From NCBI RefSeq assembly GCF_036321535.1, contig NC_087447.1:34660001-34724000 (forward strand): DNA of 64,000 nt, written 5' to 3'. Shown here in pieces: positions 48,501-61,231 of this stretch. Made by a program: the position numbers and the translations under genes. How positions within the stretch are numbered: the first letter of the stretch is position 1; the number at the start of each line of letters is the position of its first letter. The notes under the pieces are model-generated. The model saw only the letters and a list, made by a program, of their open reading frames with translations. It ran no database searches and was not told where the DNA came from. Source of the DNA: Camelus dromedarius (Eukaryota).

Positions 48501-49922
48501 CTCTTGAATGTTAAAAAAAGGCCACATGGAAAATGATGGGTGCTCATGAATTTGGTAGTTTATTAAAAGGAGACATGGCAGAAAGTAACAGAATCCGTAG
48601 GCATATCTGAGACTGGTGGTTAAGCCCTCTGCAAAGGCCATCTACTCTCTCACTTTAGAGCTGTTACCCTGTCCTGAACATCTGGGGCTGGAAAAGGAAA
48701 CTGGAACATGGGAGAAATCTGAAGTTTGGTGAATTTTATTTTGGAGGTGCAGAAGAAGTGTTTAATAATTTCAGTAAAAGATAACAGAGGCTGAAGTAAC
48801 AAAAGAAAAAATCCAGATGGTGTCCAAGTATCTGAGTGGGACTTCTCCAGCTGGACATGGGCAGAAAAGGAAATCACAGAAGAAGAAATGGTGGACATTT
48901 TTCCTTTGGGATTTTTACACCCAAAGGGAATTACATCTTGACATTTATTTTCTCAGTGGTATCTTAATAATGAAAGAGAGTTCATGTTCAAATTTGGAAT
49001 GTTCCATATTGTATTCATTTGGCTCATTGTGTTTTGTTTTGTTTTGTTTGCACTAGAGTAAATGACATAGCCAGGCATAATTTGAGATGGAAAACAGAAT
49101 ATAAGAGGACATTTTGGGGTAACATACACTTGTACCTGAAGTGTTCCTAAGAGTGAGTCAAGTTAAGGATGCTCAGCTGTGACCCATTTCAGAAGCTGCA
49201 GTGCCCACCTGGTCCCAGGAGCACAGAAAGGAGCGGGAGTAGGTTTCAGGTGAACAGCCTCACAGAGGCAAGACCAGGGCTCACCTGGTGAGGACAGCAA
49301 AGCTGACCCTGGGCTTGGCTTTTTGAGGCAGTTACTTTTCTTTAGAGGTCAATAGCAATTTACAGAGTTCTCTCTTCTGTTTCTTGCCCCCAGCTAGGGC
49401 TTTCTATCCTCAGGAAAATCTGAGCGTGGCTTTCTTTTTCCTTCGTATTTCTGTACTTGAAAAACAGTTAGGATATAGTCCGTTCTGCAGATTTCTCTCT
49501 CTCTCTCTCCAATGTATAATTGTATCTATACACAATTCAGCTTTTGCCAAAAGGCCCTGTCTGCCTGTCTGTGCTGACCACTTGCACAAATATTCATTAA
49601 GGTGAGACTTTGATCCTCAGTCCTCTGTTTCTGGGTAGCACATATGTCCTCAATTATGTAAGAAGGGGACGGGGCCTGGCCATTATCTGACTTTCCAATA
49701 AACACATGACCAAACATCTCTAACCACAACAAGGTAAGAGTCAGGATTCGCACCCAGGCCTGTCTCCCACCTCAGTTTGCTCTCAGTGCTGCACTAGACC
49801 ACAGGTAGGCTTTGTGGGTTTCCTCACTCACCACTGTTTCAGACACTTGTCCTCCTTTTTGTTGAGTGACTGGTGCTAATTCTTTTTGTAGTTGGCCAAA
49901 GAGCTTTCTTAGAGTTTGTTGG

Positions 49923-50140
49923 TTTTTTTTTTCTTTAAATTTGAAGCATAGTTGATTTGCAATATTGTGTTAGTTTCAAGTGTACAGTAAAGTGATTCAG
50001 TTATCTATTCTTTTCCAGATTCTTTTCCATTGTAGGTTATCACAAGATACTGAATCTAGTTCCCTGGGCTATATGGTAGGTTCTTGTTGTTTACCTATTT
50101 TATGTACAGTAGTGGGCATCTGTTCATCTCAAACTCTCAA
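49923..50140 (-). mobile_element. Short young L1 3'UTR, antisense
   Basis: Poly-T followed by TTGAAGCATAGTTGATTTGCAATATTGTGTTAGTTTCAAGTGTACAG...AGTTCCCTG, the reverse complement of the 43854-44170 type. Confidence 0.85.
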
Positions 50141-50149
50141 GTTGTTTTT

Positions 50150-50900
50150 TAAAGGTTATGTAGGTAGTATACTTTCTGAGTCTGTCTGGTGTATCTCCTT
50201 ATATCTTCACATAAGAATAATAATTTGAATGGTTAAATGGAGTCTCCATCTTTTCCCCTCTAACTCATATTCCAGCATTTAGTGTTGCCGATGAGAAGCC
50301 CAGTAACAGCGTGACCCGTCCTCCTTTGTAGCTGGTTTACTTTTCCTGTTTAAAAGATGGTAGGATTTTCCTCTTGGTTAGAATTCCAAAATGTCAGATG
50401 AATATAGGTTTGATGAAACTGAGACCTTTTCATCTAGATTCACTGTGTCTTCTATTAGGAGAATTTTGTTTATGTTTCCTTGATTATTATTTCTTCTTTT
50501 TTCACTATGCTCTCTACTTCAGTATTCTCATTTTGTGGCTCTTGGACCTGCTAGCTCTATTTTAAATCCATTTTTATCATTTAGCCTCATAATTTCCATC
50601 TCTTGTCTTTGTACTCTACATTCCAGAAAATTTCTCCAAGTTGTCTTCTAATGTATGCTGTCTGATTTCCTTTATTTTTATCAGCCTTCTCTTAACTTAA
50701 TGATTCAGTATCTTTTAAATACCTAAAAATAATCTTTAAAAAATCTAAAAATACCTCTGAGACTTTAATTAGACTTGTAAATTTCTTCCTCTGTTTCCTA
50801 CATTAATTCTGTTTCAGTCAGAAATATTTGCCCTGAATCCTCAGCCTGAGCCCCCTCCTTTGAGCTTGAGTCTCCTGGTAGTTCTGACGTGCTCTTGGTC
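50150..50900 (-). mobile_element. Decayed old L1 fragment, antisense
   Basis: T-rich sequence containing GTGTTGCCGATGAGAAG and TCCTTTGTAG motifs typical of old L1 antisense DNA. Confidence 0.5.
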
Positions 50901-52139
50901 TTTTTCTAATTCTAAATGAAGACCTATGCTGGTGGCCCACATGGGTTTTGTCAGCTACAGCAGAGATCACCGCTTGAGTTCCTCTCCATAGCCAGGTGTG
51001 TTGAGTTAGAAGGGCTGGGCTTGGAGGTGGGGGCTCTTTTTGAGTCCACAGCCTGAGAGCAGGCTAGTGGACAGAAGGCCCCCTTCAGGCCCATGAATGG
51101 CATCAGCAACCCCCGCCAAACCTTCACTGAAACATTAGAGTTCACACCTTGTTCAGCCCGGGGATGAAAGCTGTAGTCAGCTTCTCTGTGTGAGGCTGGC
51201 ACAAACCTCCAAATCCTTCCATCTGATTCCTCTTTCTGCAAGATGACACCCTTGCTTCCCACTGCCCACACCTCATGCTTACCCCGAATTTCACTGGCAC
51301 CCCCACACCCATCCTTGGAGACCGTGGGCCAGGCAACACTGAACGACCCATCTGACTCATTTGATAATTGATAGGCTTGGGACAGAGTAGGGAGGTCTCA
51401 AGGAGAGGTACAGCCTACTTGCCTGGACACCTGTGTGTCCCCCCGTGGACGGTGAGCCTTTGAAGGGCAGAGATGGGTCTTACCTCCCTCCAGTGTCTAG
51501 TACCTTGCACAGCGCTGGTGCGCAGTGGTTGCTTGATAAAGGACTTGCACGTCCAAGCCTGCAGGTTTTATTCCAGTTTTGCTGCTTTCTGGCATGTCCT
51601 TTCCACCCTCCCTGTTACTCACTCCCATGCCCAGGCTCAACCATCTTCGGTTCAGACTTCCAGCCTCAACTCAGATACCATCTCAAAGGAAAACTTCTCT
51701 GTCCCTCCCCCTGTTCCTTCGTAGCTTTGATCACGACACCTATTGTACTTTGTATACTTGTGCACAATTATCTCAGGCTTGCGTTGGGCTCTGAACAATC
51801 GTGTAAGTGACAAAATGCACAAATAAATGAATCCCCATTAAACAGTGAGCCCAAGACAGGGATCATATCTCGTTCACGTTCACATCCCTAGTGAGAGTGG
51901 CAGCCGGAATAGAATAGTCAGATATCATGTAACTGAACTGAATGATACACTCGGTATTATTATACCCAAATTAGGGTGTTCCCATATGATTCTCAGGATC
52001 TAGGCAACCAAAAATTCCTAAGGATGGAATCTCAAGCATCAAAATCCCCCTTGGAGTCAGGAAGGGGCGTGAAGGGAAGTTTTTTATGAGCAACCTAATA
52101 CAAGCCAGGTGCTGTACTGGGTGCACTTATCATCACAGA

Positions 52140-52370
52140 ACAGAAGCTAATATTTATTGTTTACCTATTACCAAACAATATTTTGAGTATTTTATGTATG
52201 AAAATGTATTTGTCAGTGTTATGAGACTGACAGTAACATATCCCTACTTTTCCACTACAGTAACTCAATCCAAGAGGTGATTAACTTATTCAAAACTACA
52301 GAACTAGTAAGTGACAGAACTGGGATTTGATCGCAGGCAGTCTAGTTCTAGGATACCCTGACAGGTACCA
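52140..52370 (-). mobile_element. MIR SINE
   Basis: GCTAATATTTATTG...CAGAACTAGTAAGTGACAGAACTGGGATTTGA...GGCAGTCT. Confidence 0.7.
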
Positions 52371-52468
52371 CTCCTCCATCATATTGATCAGGGGACTGGG
52401 GCTCACACAATATATAACCAACATTTACTGCAAACTGAGGTTAGACACTGGCATACAGTGGGAAACCA

Positions 52469-52548
52469 GTAACCATGAATTTGTTTTCTATGTCTGTGAG
52501 TCTGTTAAAAAAAAAAGACACAAAGGAACTTACTTACAAAACAGACTC
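52469..52548 (-). mobile_element. Tiny inverted/rearranged L1 3'UTR remnant
   Basis: Two adjacent pieces of the L1 seen at 15821-15895 are joined in opposite orientations. Confidence 0.7.
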
Positions 52549-53389
52549 CTGCAATTTTTTTAATCATTGGGATTCCTTAGATAACCTGAAGCTTATGGAC
52601 TTGCCCTCAGGGAAAAAAATGCATGTATTCTGGCATAAAACATCAGGGATGTTTCCAGTACCACCCGCCCTCCCCCAAAGGACCCCAGGGAACAACCGAT
52701 GGGCTAGGAGATCTCTAATGACCATCTATTCGTAGCAGGCCTTGAATGCCAGTCTCAAGTAGGCTTTAGGCTTGGGTACTAGGAAGCCACAGATGTACTA
52801 ACTCAGGAACGATGTGCTCACAGTACCCACTGATCCAAGTTCTATATCTTCTTCACCAAAGACACAGGACAAAGCAAACGTAATTTACTACCCACAGCAG
52901 ACATACAATGCCCATTTGCTGTGGAAGCTAGATGTCTTTACTGTTGACCTGAAGTGACTCAGTGGCTCTGAATTCCCAAGAGAAGGGTCTTGTTGACCCC
53001 ACAACAGCAGCAGCTAAATAACTTCATCTCACAGCGCTCGACAGCAAACACAAGCCATGGGCACTTCAGATGCGAGATGCTTCTTGCTCCTCTGGGCAGC
53101 TCGTGGACTCATCATGAGTGTATAGATGTCAGGACTCATCTGTCATTCATCCTAGTCCAAGCTGCCAGGTGGCATAAAGGTTGGAACAGAACTTCAGCCT
53201 GCTAACACTGTGAATTCGGTTCGCCATGTCCTGCTGAAGCTATCCAGTCAGAGCTACCATCCTGTCTTAGTGGAAACCCACCTCTCCTTTGGGGTTGTGA
53301 GGGAGGGGGGCCTGTGGGCTGCAAGAACAAACTGTGAGAAAAATTCCAGGTGAGGGGTGGAAGGGGGTCTCCCCCACGGCCCCCACCCC

Positions 53390-53491
53390 CGCCTGTGTAT
53401 CTGCATCACCTGGACAGCTTGTAAACTATACCGACGCTGGTTTCCTCGCAGCCAGGTGAGCCTAGCCTGCAACCAGGGCTGAGAATCACTG
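53390..53491. mobile_element. MER5A-type MITE fragment
   Basis: GCATCACCTGG...GCTTGT...CCAGGTGA...GCTGAGAATCACTG. Confidence 0.5.
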
Positions 53492-54489
53492 TGCAAACAC
53501 TGGACAAACAAGCTCCGTAGCTCAAAGACCGAAAGAGCCCCGGGGATAAGCTGTCTGTGGTGAAGGCCACAGCTGTGTGCAGCACCTGAGGAAGTTTAAT
53601 TCTGACTTGACGAAGGTTCCAGAAAGTCTTCTTGGACACTGGATCCTGAAAGCAACAAGTCTTCCACAGGCCGACCCGGAGGGCAGGGACACTCCAGACC
53701 CAGGGAACAGCCCGAGCAAAGAGCCAAAGGTGGGAGCTCTGCTGGGAGTCGAGTCCCTAGGCTCTTTTCAGGTCACATCTCACCAAATAAGCTCCAAAGT
53801 GCTTTTCGTATTGAACCTGGCCCTGCAGTCAGACATTCTTTGAGGCTGATCTAAAACATTTCTGACTTTAACACTTAAGTCTTTGTTCTTGTAAAAGACT
53901 GTTCTGGAATAGGAACTGGAGGTGAAAGAGGATGGGTGATAGATTTCTGAGTCATTTTTAAAGTGCTTTCACATACAGCTTTTTCATTGCTCCCAGGAAT
54001 TCCTGGTAGGTGTAACCAGCATCTTACAGAGAAAGACATGAGCACAGGTAGGGTCCCCTGCCAAAGGTTACACAGGTAGCTGGCATGAAAACAGCTGTCC
54101 TTAACCTGGGTACCTTCCCCTTGGGACACAGAGCCCAACCAGATGCTCACCCAGAAATCTGGAGAGGGGTGCAGCAGTGCGATCCCATGCTAAAAGAGGG
54201 CAGTGACAGGAATTCTCCACAGGACACTCTGCTCATTCAACCAGGAACAAGGAACCAAGCAACCACACCACAAAGCAGAGCCTGGCCCCCTCATAGCTTG
54301 ATAAATGGAGAATCACTGAATCTGCATAACCCTTCAACATCCAAAACCACAGGAAGAGTTAACACGTGCTTAGATGTCCATATAGTAATTATTTTCCAGT
54401 CATTTAAAATGATGCTTTTGAAGACTACTACTGACACTGAAAAATTCTCTGTCTGTAAAATAAAATTAGAGCTGAGTTCGGGGCATCAT

Positions 54490-54670
54490 GAATTTAATGC
54501 ACTCATTCTACGAAGGTGCCAGATGCTGTTCTAGGCACCAAGGAACAAGCAGTGAACCAAACATGAAAGTCCCTCCTCTTGCAAGCTCCTTTCCTGAAGT
54601 GGGGAGACAGACGATAATCACATAAATAAGGAGAAGACACAGGGCATCAGGTAGTAGTAAGTGCAGTCAA
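54490..54670 (-). mobile_element. L2 LINE fragment
   Basis: GTGCCAGATGCTGTTCTAGGCACC...GCAGTGAACCAAAC...GTGGGGAGACAGACGATAA. Confidence 0.7.
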
Positions 54671-57600
54671 GGGGAAGGATTCAAGAAAGGACGAAAGATA
54701 GAGATTATTTTTCTTCTGTAGGTTTTAATGTGCTTTCTAAAAAATAAATACTGTATTCATGATCAGGAAAAAAAAATACTTAAGAAAAAAGCACCACCAA
54801 AAAGTGACTGAATTAAGAACTGAATGAAGTTGGTTCATAACTTGGACCTCAGCTGGGTTCAGCCACATGGCTCTGTCGGCAGACTGGAGGGCAGGTATCC
54901 TACTGATGGGTGAAGGAGACACACTGGCAAGAGAAGGTAGGCAGCTGCATATGGTGACCCAGGAGACAAACAGTTGCTCAAACAGCAGCCCAGTTCCTAG
55001 AGCCAGGCTTGGATTCAGGACTGTGGCTTTAGGAGGTTTCTTACACTTGTGGGGCAGGACAGCAAGATACCCCTGATGCCAAGGCTCCAAAGCCCACCCC
55101 AATAATTTCAAATGTGCTCCAATATGTTCCCCTAAGTGAAGCCAGGCTTAAGTCTCTGAACCCAGGGTAGAGCCTACAGAGGTTAGAGAAATTCTAATCC
55201 CTGCTCTGCCCCTGGTCTTCCAATGTATCATAACCACCTCCCAGGTGGTAGTTAAATCAATGACTTCTTTAATGAACTCTGAAAGTTCCATAAAGGTTTC
55301 TGCAGTCTTCTTTTCTATCTCTTTCTGGGGCTGTCCTTCATCGTGACTCTGGTCCACACTTAGAAGATTATTTAGGCCATTGAGTACACAATCAGTGATG
55401 CACAGGATGAGGAGTACAAGAGAGCAAATAAGAGCTTCAAATGGGGAAGAGGTAATAGGGGGTTTCTAAGAGATGGCTGGCCCAAGGTCAAGTGCTTCTT
55501 TGGACCTGCCTACAAGCTGGCACTCGGCTCCCTCACTCACCCAACTGGAGAGCTTCCCTGGGTAGATACGCCCACCCACCAGACTCCATAAGAACACCAT
55601 CTCCCTGACAGATTTCACTCCATCACCACCACTCATGGGCATCTCAAAGTGGTCCAGCTTCTCACCCTGGCCCTGCCTGAGATGGTGCATAGACTCATGA
55701 GCCAATGAGTTGGTTAAATATGATGGGGCATCCGAGGCCATCAGGAGACAGGACACTGTGCCAAGAAGACCCTTTGCCTTCTCTTGGGCCCACAGAACCC
55801 CACAGGATATCCTAACCTACGTAGGTTAGGCACTTTCCTGCCTCTTTCATGGAAGGGCATCATAACATGGAGGCCTGGGCAGACAAGAGCCCAAATTTTA
55901 GCTCAGCCCCTCCTTAGTCACGTGATCCCAGGCAAGTGACTTAACCACCATGAACCCCTGTTTTCTCATCTGAGCAGGCTTTGAGAGAATGGAGAGAATG
56001 AAAAGAATGAGCATTCACAGGGGGCTGGGCACCTTACAGGTACTGGGTTTATCTCTGGTTGCTCTTATTCTTTCTTATTCTTTCTCCTCCTTCCTATTCT
56101 CAGAGCAGCTGAGCATCTAACAAAGGCTTTTCTCCACCTGAACCCCAGAAAGCCTCCCTCCTTCTGCATTTTTCGCTCTGCTCTTGGACCATGTTACTTG
56201 TGTGGATACCAGTCTTAACAGTGTGAGTCCACAGGATTCTCTTACCAGGAGAACAGAAGACTGGAAGAGATTTCCTGGGTCTGGGGCTGCCCAAGCCAGA
56301 CTGGCTCTTCTCTGCTCTCTGCTGCCCCCTGTTGGTTCAGAGGCTGAAAAGCCAGTTGCCCACTTAGCCCACAGGGCTCCACCTTCCATGGAGGTGATGA
56401 TAGAAAAGGCAACTCCAAGCATTAAAAAAACAAAATTAACAAACAAAAAAGATCCAGGTGCCTATGTGATCTGAGGCTTTGAAATAAAGGGGAAACCAGG
56501 TTTTGCTTTATATACTTGGGAATCATCACTACAATTTCCAGAGGGACTGAGTCTAAATGAGGTCTGCAAGAACCTGGCAGCAGTGGTGCCCTTCCCTCCA
56601 TTCTCAGGCATATGTCAGGTGTTATCAACCAATCACTTCATTTCTTTCATCTTTAGCGCAGACTCAGCCTCAGCATCCTTCTTAACACATCTGCACACCA
56701 AGCAGCCAGTCCTGGTCATTGATCAGAGTTAGTGCACAAGATGAAACCTGTTTTACATCTTGGGGGTTGGAGTTGGAGAGCTGGGCCCTTCAGCCAGGGA
56801 GGGGATGTGGACCAGCAGTACTGGGCTTCTGTTCTTGAAATACATTAGCTATTTTATTTAGGAAGTTTACTAAGTTTACTAAAGATCAACTACCAGTAAG
56901 TTGAGACGTAAAAGCATTATTGAACCTGGGAATGGCAAGTAAGTGGGCAAGTGGACGATATTAACTGATGTATCTCCCCCAGTAGTTCTGGTTATTCCCT
57001 TGGAGCAGCTCAAGTGGACCACAAGGCACCTGTTGACTCCTGGTGGGTGATGACAGCAGAAGGAAAGGAGAACTGTAGAGCTAGATCCACGGTATTCAAG
57101 GTTTCAAAAGCCTTCAAGGCTCTTGGGTTACAAGGCCTGGGCTTTTGAGTGCCAGGTGCCTGAGTCCTACAAAAGTCAAGGCATAGAGTTTATGCTGTCA
57201 GCGACAGATCTGGAAGAAAATGTGACCAGTCCTTAGCCAGTCATCAGTCCCAGACTAGATGATTCCACACAGTGTTGTCAGAGGGAGAGGGACACAGAAA
57301 GCTCAGACGTGGGGGGACCCCTGGGAAGGGAGCCTGTGCCCTGTCTACCCCTGACCTGTGACCCAGGCCAGGCCCCGGAGCAGGGTTAAGTTGGGCACCT
57401 GAGAGCAGAGACCCTGGGGCTTACTTCTATGTAAAGCCTGGGCAGATGACAAGTCTGGCTGGGTTTTCCCCTCCCAGTCCCTGCAGGGAGGAAGATTAGG
57501 CAGAAACGGTTATAAGAAATATAATCTGTGTTCTGTACCACAGTGGCAGAAATCCAAAGTCAGGGAAATTTTATTTCATCTGGAGTTTCACTTCTCCTTC

Positions 57601-57889
57601 ATGTTTCTTCATTTATTTTGTTTTACTTTATTTTGTTCAGGGGTACCAAGGCATAGGGGAAAGAGGTGTCTGGTCTCGATCATCACCTGTCCCACTGTCA
57701 GCCACGGTGATGTCCCTGGGCCCATCTGGTCTCTGGGTGTCCATTCACACAAATGTCTACTCCAGTGGCCCTGGCTCAAGGCCTGCTGGGTCTCCATGCC
57801 TGGTATACAGGCCCACGTCCCACTGCACTTCATGCTTTGTGTGAGCTCGTGAGGACCCCAGGAGGCTGCCTCTGACCACTTCCATTTAA

Positions 57890-58030
57890 TACCTGCTCAC
57901 ACAGAATGTAACTTTAGGAAAATTACGTAAGTAACATAACCTCTCCATGCCTTAGTTTCCTCATCTGTAAAACACAGATAACAGCAGCAGTGGACCCTGT
58001 GGGGGCTGCTGTGACAACTGCATGAGTTAA
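57890..58030 (+). mobile_element. MIR SINE split by an LTR (continues ~58522-58570)
   Basis: AACCTCTCCATGCCTTAGTTTCCTCATCTGTAAAAC...ATGAGTTAA | LTR | TTAACACATATTAAATATCTAGCACA. Confidence 0.8.
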
Positions 58031-58517
58031 TATAATAGGGAAAAACAAATCTGACTCCATATTGGATGTTTCTTTTACTTTAACCTGTATATTCTTTGCT
58101 TTTGCTACAAGTTAATCACTAAAGGGATGTTGCCGATAGGTTTAAATTATGCATAATAGCCCATCTGTGGGAATTCTGCCTCCCAGGTAATGAGCCTTAA
58201 GCTAAAATATCTTTGTTTAGCTCACAAGAAACATCCTGACCAGGTCCACCTGTGAATGACTGCAGGAAGGAAAAAATTAACACATTCCCTCAAGAGGCTG
58301 ACCGGAACCAGGAAACGTTTGACTTGACTTTCCCTGTTTTCAGTATAAAGGAAGCTTGAATTCTAACTCAGACAAGATGGTTCCTTGGGACACTAGTTCA
58401 TCATCTTCTCGGTCCGCTGGCTTGCCAAATACAGTCGCTATTTCTTGCCCCAACAACTCATCCCTCGATTTATTGGCCTGTCCTGCAGTGAGCAGTACGA
58501 GCTTGGGCTCAGTAACA
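58031..58517 (+). mobile_element. ERV1-class solo LTR related to 41316-41835
   Basis: TATAATAGGGAAAAACAAATCTGACTCCATATTGG...CTCAGTAACA, TSD TTAA (58027-58030 / 58518-58521) and TATAAA at 58344. Confidence 0.85.
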
Positions 58518-60184
58518 TTAACACATATTAAATATCTAGCACACTACAAATGTGTTTGCTCATATTTGCTACAAGTAATAAAGGGGTGACTGATAGAAGC
58601 CTCCATATACAAATGCCAAATATGTCATATTTGTCACAGGCATTCTGATGCGCCTTCCTGGGTGGGAGAGAAAAAGTGAGGTTGTAGCTAGGGCTTGGGG
58701 AACAGCACGTCACATGATATTGGAAAGGGCCAATATTCCAAATCAGACCCAACAGAGCAGTCCTGGGGGCACCTCCGTGCCAGGTGGGATCCTTTCAGTT
58801 CCTGGATGGTGAAGAGGACCTGGAGATCCTGGGGTGAAAGGGCAGGTAGCCGAGGCAGAAGGCAGGAGAGAAGTGGGGGCCTCCAGGGCCACAGGACACT
58901 GGTTCTTTAACCAACCAACATTAAACCTTTCCATTCTTCTTCACAGCCAGTATGGCCTTGCCAGTGAGCTGGCCTTACCACTGGTGACCAATTGTCCCAG
59001 TTGGCCTGGGACTGTTCCCGTTTGAGTGCTGAAATTTCCACATCCCATGAAAACCAGGAAAACCAGAATGGCTGGTCACCCTACCAACAGGAGATATGGA
59101 AGCCTTACCTGCCCCTCTGGACCCAGGGCTGATCCTGTAGCTTAATAATCCGGAGTACGCACTCCTCTTTAGAAAGAGAAACATGTCAGATTCCCTGAAG
59201 AATCTGAGCACGTTCAGTGGCTGCTAGGTGAAATGTTTACCCAAGATCCGAAGGACTTTCGATTCCCCTGATGCTTTCTTGTTGATGAAGATGAAGTATG
59301 GAGGACCTTGAAGAGGTATCCATCTGGAGCCGGTGTGCTTAGTGGCTCTTACCTTCTCCGGGAGATAAGACTTGTGACACGGTGTCCACACTGCACTTCT
59401 GCTAGTGACTGACTCATCACAGAGAAAGCACAAGTAAAACGCCAGGTGCCCTGGCCACAGGCTGTGCAAGCATCTCTCCCTACAAAGCGAAGACAGTCTT
59501 GGAGTCAGACCGGTCTCACCCATTCACTCCTTCTTCCTCCAGCTCTGCAGATCAAAACAAGCCTACCCCCTTAAGTTCACCACTGCTCTCACCCAGTAAG
59601 CCATCTGCAGCTAACAAAAATGCTTTTCAGGTGCCAAAAGACTCCTTTCTGTGGCACCCAGGAAAGAAGAAAATATTCCTTCTTGCTTGTCTCTAAATAT
59701 TGACTTTTCAAAGCCAAAATAAAGGAGGGAAGAGGAGAGAAAGCAGGGCATGGAGTAAAATCATTTGCAGTGGTCAAACCTACAAAACTAGCCATCCAAA
59801 GGAACGGAGGAAATTGAAAGTTAACTTCAGCTCCCTGGTTTGTGTCCTTTCCATCTGCAACTTGCTAAGAAGAATCTCCACTTGCACTGGGCTATGTCTG
59901 CTCGTGGTGACATCTGTCAACCTGAGAGTTTAATTGCTGGCAATAGCATTTCCCTGTTATTCAGGCATCGTACAAATAGCATAAATACGATTTAACCACC
60001 CTTGCCAGAAGTCACAAATTTGCGTCGTGCATGCTGAACGCTAAGGCTGATTAGCACAAAATTTAATTTTCGTTAATATCAGCCCAAGACAAGTAGAGCG
60101 TGAAATTAACCTGATGTGTTAATATTGTGCTTCACAGTTCCAACTGTATCCTGTAGACGCTCTCGCTGGAGACAGGTGCCGCTC

Positions 60185-60390
60185 TGCATGGGGAAGAACT
60201 CCAGCAATCAGCGCTGTCTGGGAGGCAGAATGAGCTGGCCCAGGAGGTGGTGCTCCTTACAGCTGCAGGAGTTCAAGACGGCACTGGATGATAACTCAGG
60301 GAGGCGCTGGATGGCAACTGGATATTATGATGGGAATTAAAGACTGGTGACCTCTGTGTTCCTTTCCAATTCTGGGGTTCTGGGATTTTA
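60185..60390 (+). mobile_element. L3/CR1 LINE 3' fragment
   Basis: GGAAGAACT...GGAGGTGGTG...GGAGTTCAAG...GTGACCTCTGTGTTCCTTTCCAATTCTGGGGTTCTGGGATT, a CR1-type tail. Confidence 0.55.
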
Positions 60391-60433
60391 AATCTTAAGG
60401 AAACTTCCACAGGATGGATGGTATCGTCTAAGA

Positions 60434-60737
60434 CAGGAGTCTGCAAACTTCAGCCTTCTGGCTAAGTCTAGCCCACTGACTTTTTGCCCATAAGCTAAAA
60501 ATAGTTTTTACATCTTTAAATAGAAGAATAGTACGTCATGATATGAAAATTATATGAAATTCAAAGGTCAGTGTCTATAAAGTTTGATTGGAACCCAATC
60601 ATGTCATTCTTGTATTGTTTATGTCTGCTTTTGGGCTCTAACCGCAGAGTTGAGTAGTTGCAACAGAGACCGTATGAAACAGAAAGCTCTAAGTATTTAA
60701 GATATGGTTCATTATTGGGAAGGTTTGCCAACCCCTG
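60434..60737. mobile_element. MER58-type hAT MITE
   Basis: TIRs CAGGAGTCTGCAAAC / GTTTGCCAACCCCTG, with internal GCAGAGTTGAGTAGTTGCAACAGAGACCGTATG. Confidence 0.85.
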
Positions 60738-61231
60738 ATCTGAACCAGTAATAATTTTCAAACGGGTTCTTTGGAGAAGGGAGAATGGGCATCAAGAAGT
60801 AGGACTCAGACTTCAGCTCTTTATCAATTATATACCACGTGCTTTCATTTGAAGAAAGGACTGTAGCTTAAATAAAAGTTCAGGATACATATGACAGTTC
60901 AACATGTCCTCCCTTTGGAGAGGCAGATTGTGGTCTGTGAACGGCAGGCTGGAGATGGCTCCAGATCTCCAGAAGGTCCCAGGCTAGGCCAACGTGCAAC
61001 TGAAACAAAAGTTGTTTGTGTGCACTTGTGTACGTGGGCGTGAATCCTGTGCTCCTCCAACCAAAGGGGCTGGGGTCCAGGGCGAGCATACGGTGAGATA
61101 CCATCCCCACGGAGCACATTTCAGGACCCTCCTATAGACCCAGCTTTCCCTCCCCTCCGTGCCTGGCAAACACCTACTTACTCATTTTTAATAAACTAGT
61201 ATACATTATTAATTCAATTAAACCATTTTTA

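Noticed and set aside
48520..49100. Purine-rich, mRNA-like stretch suggesting a processed pseudogene
   Set aside because: The frames I translated close quickly and match no protein I recognise, and I saw no poly-A tail or TSD. A BLASTX search would settle it.
53577..53843. ORF with an LRR-like phrase (HLRKFNSDLTKVPESLLG)
   Set aside because: It is a single imperfect motif with no repeat periodicity and a GTG start, so probably coincidental.
41316..58517. Possible full provirus bounded by two similar LTRs
   Set aside because: Each LTR has its own complete TSD (AGAA, TTAA), their interiors differ, and there is no PBS or gag/pol/env between them.
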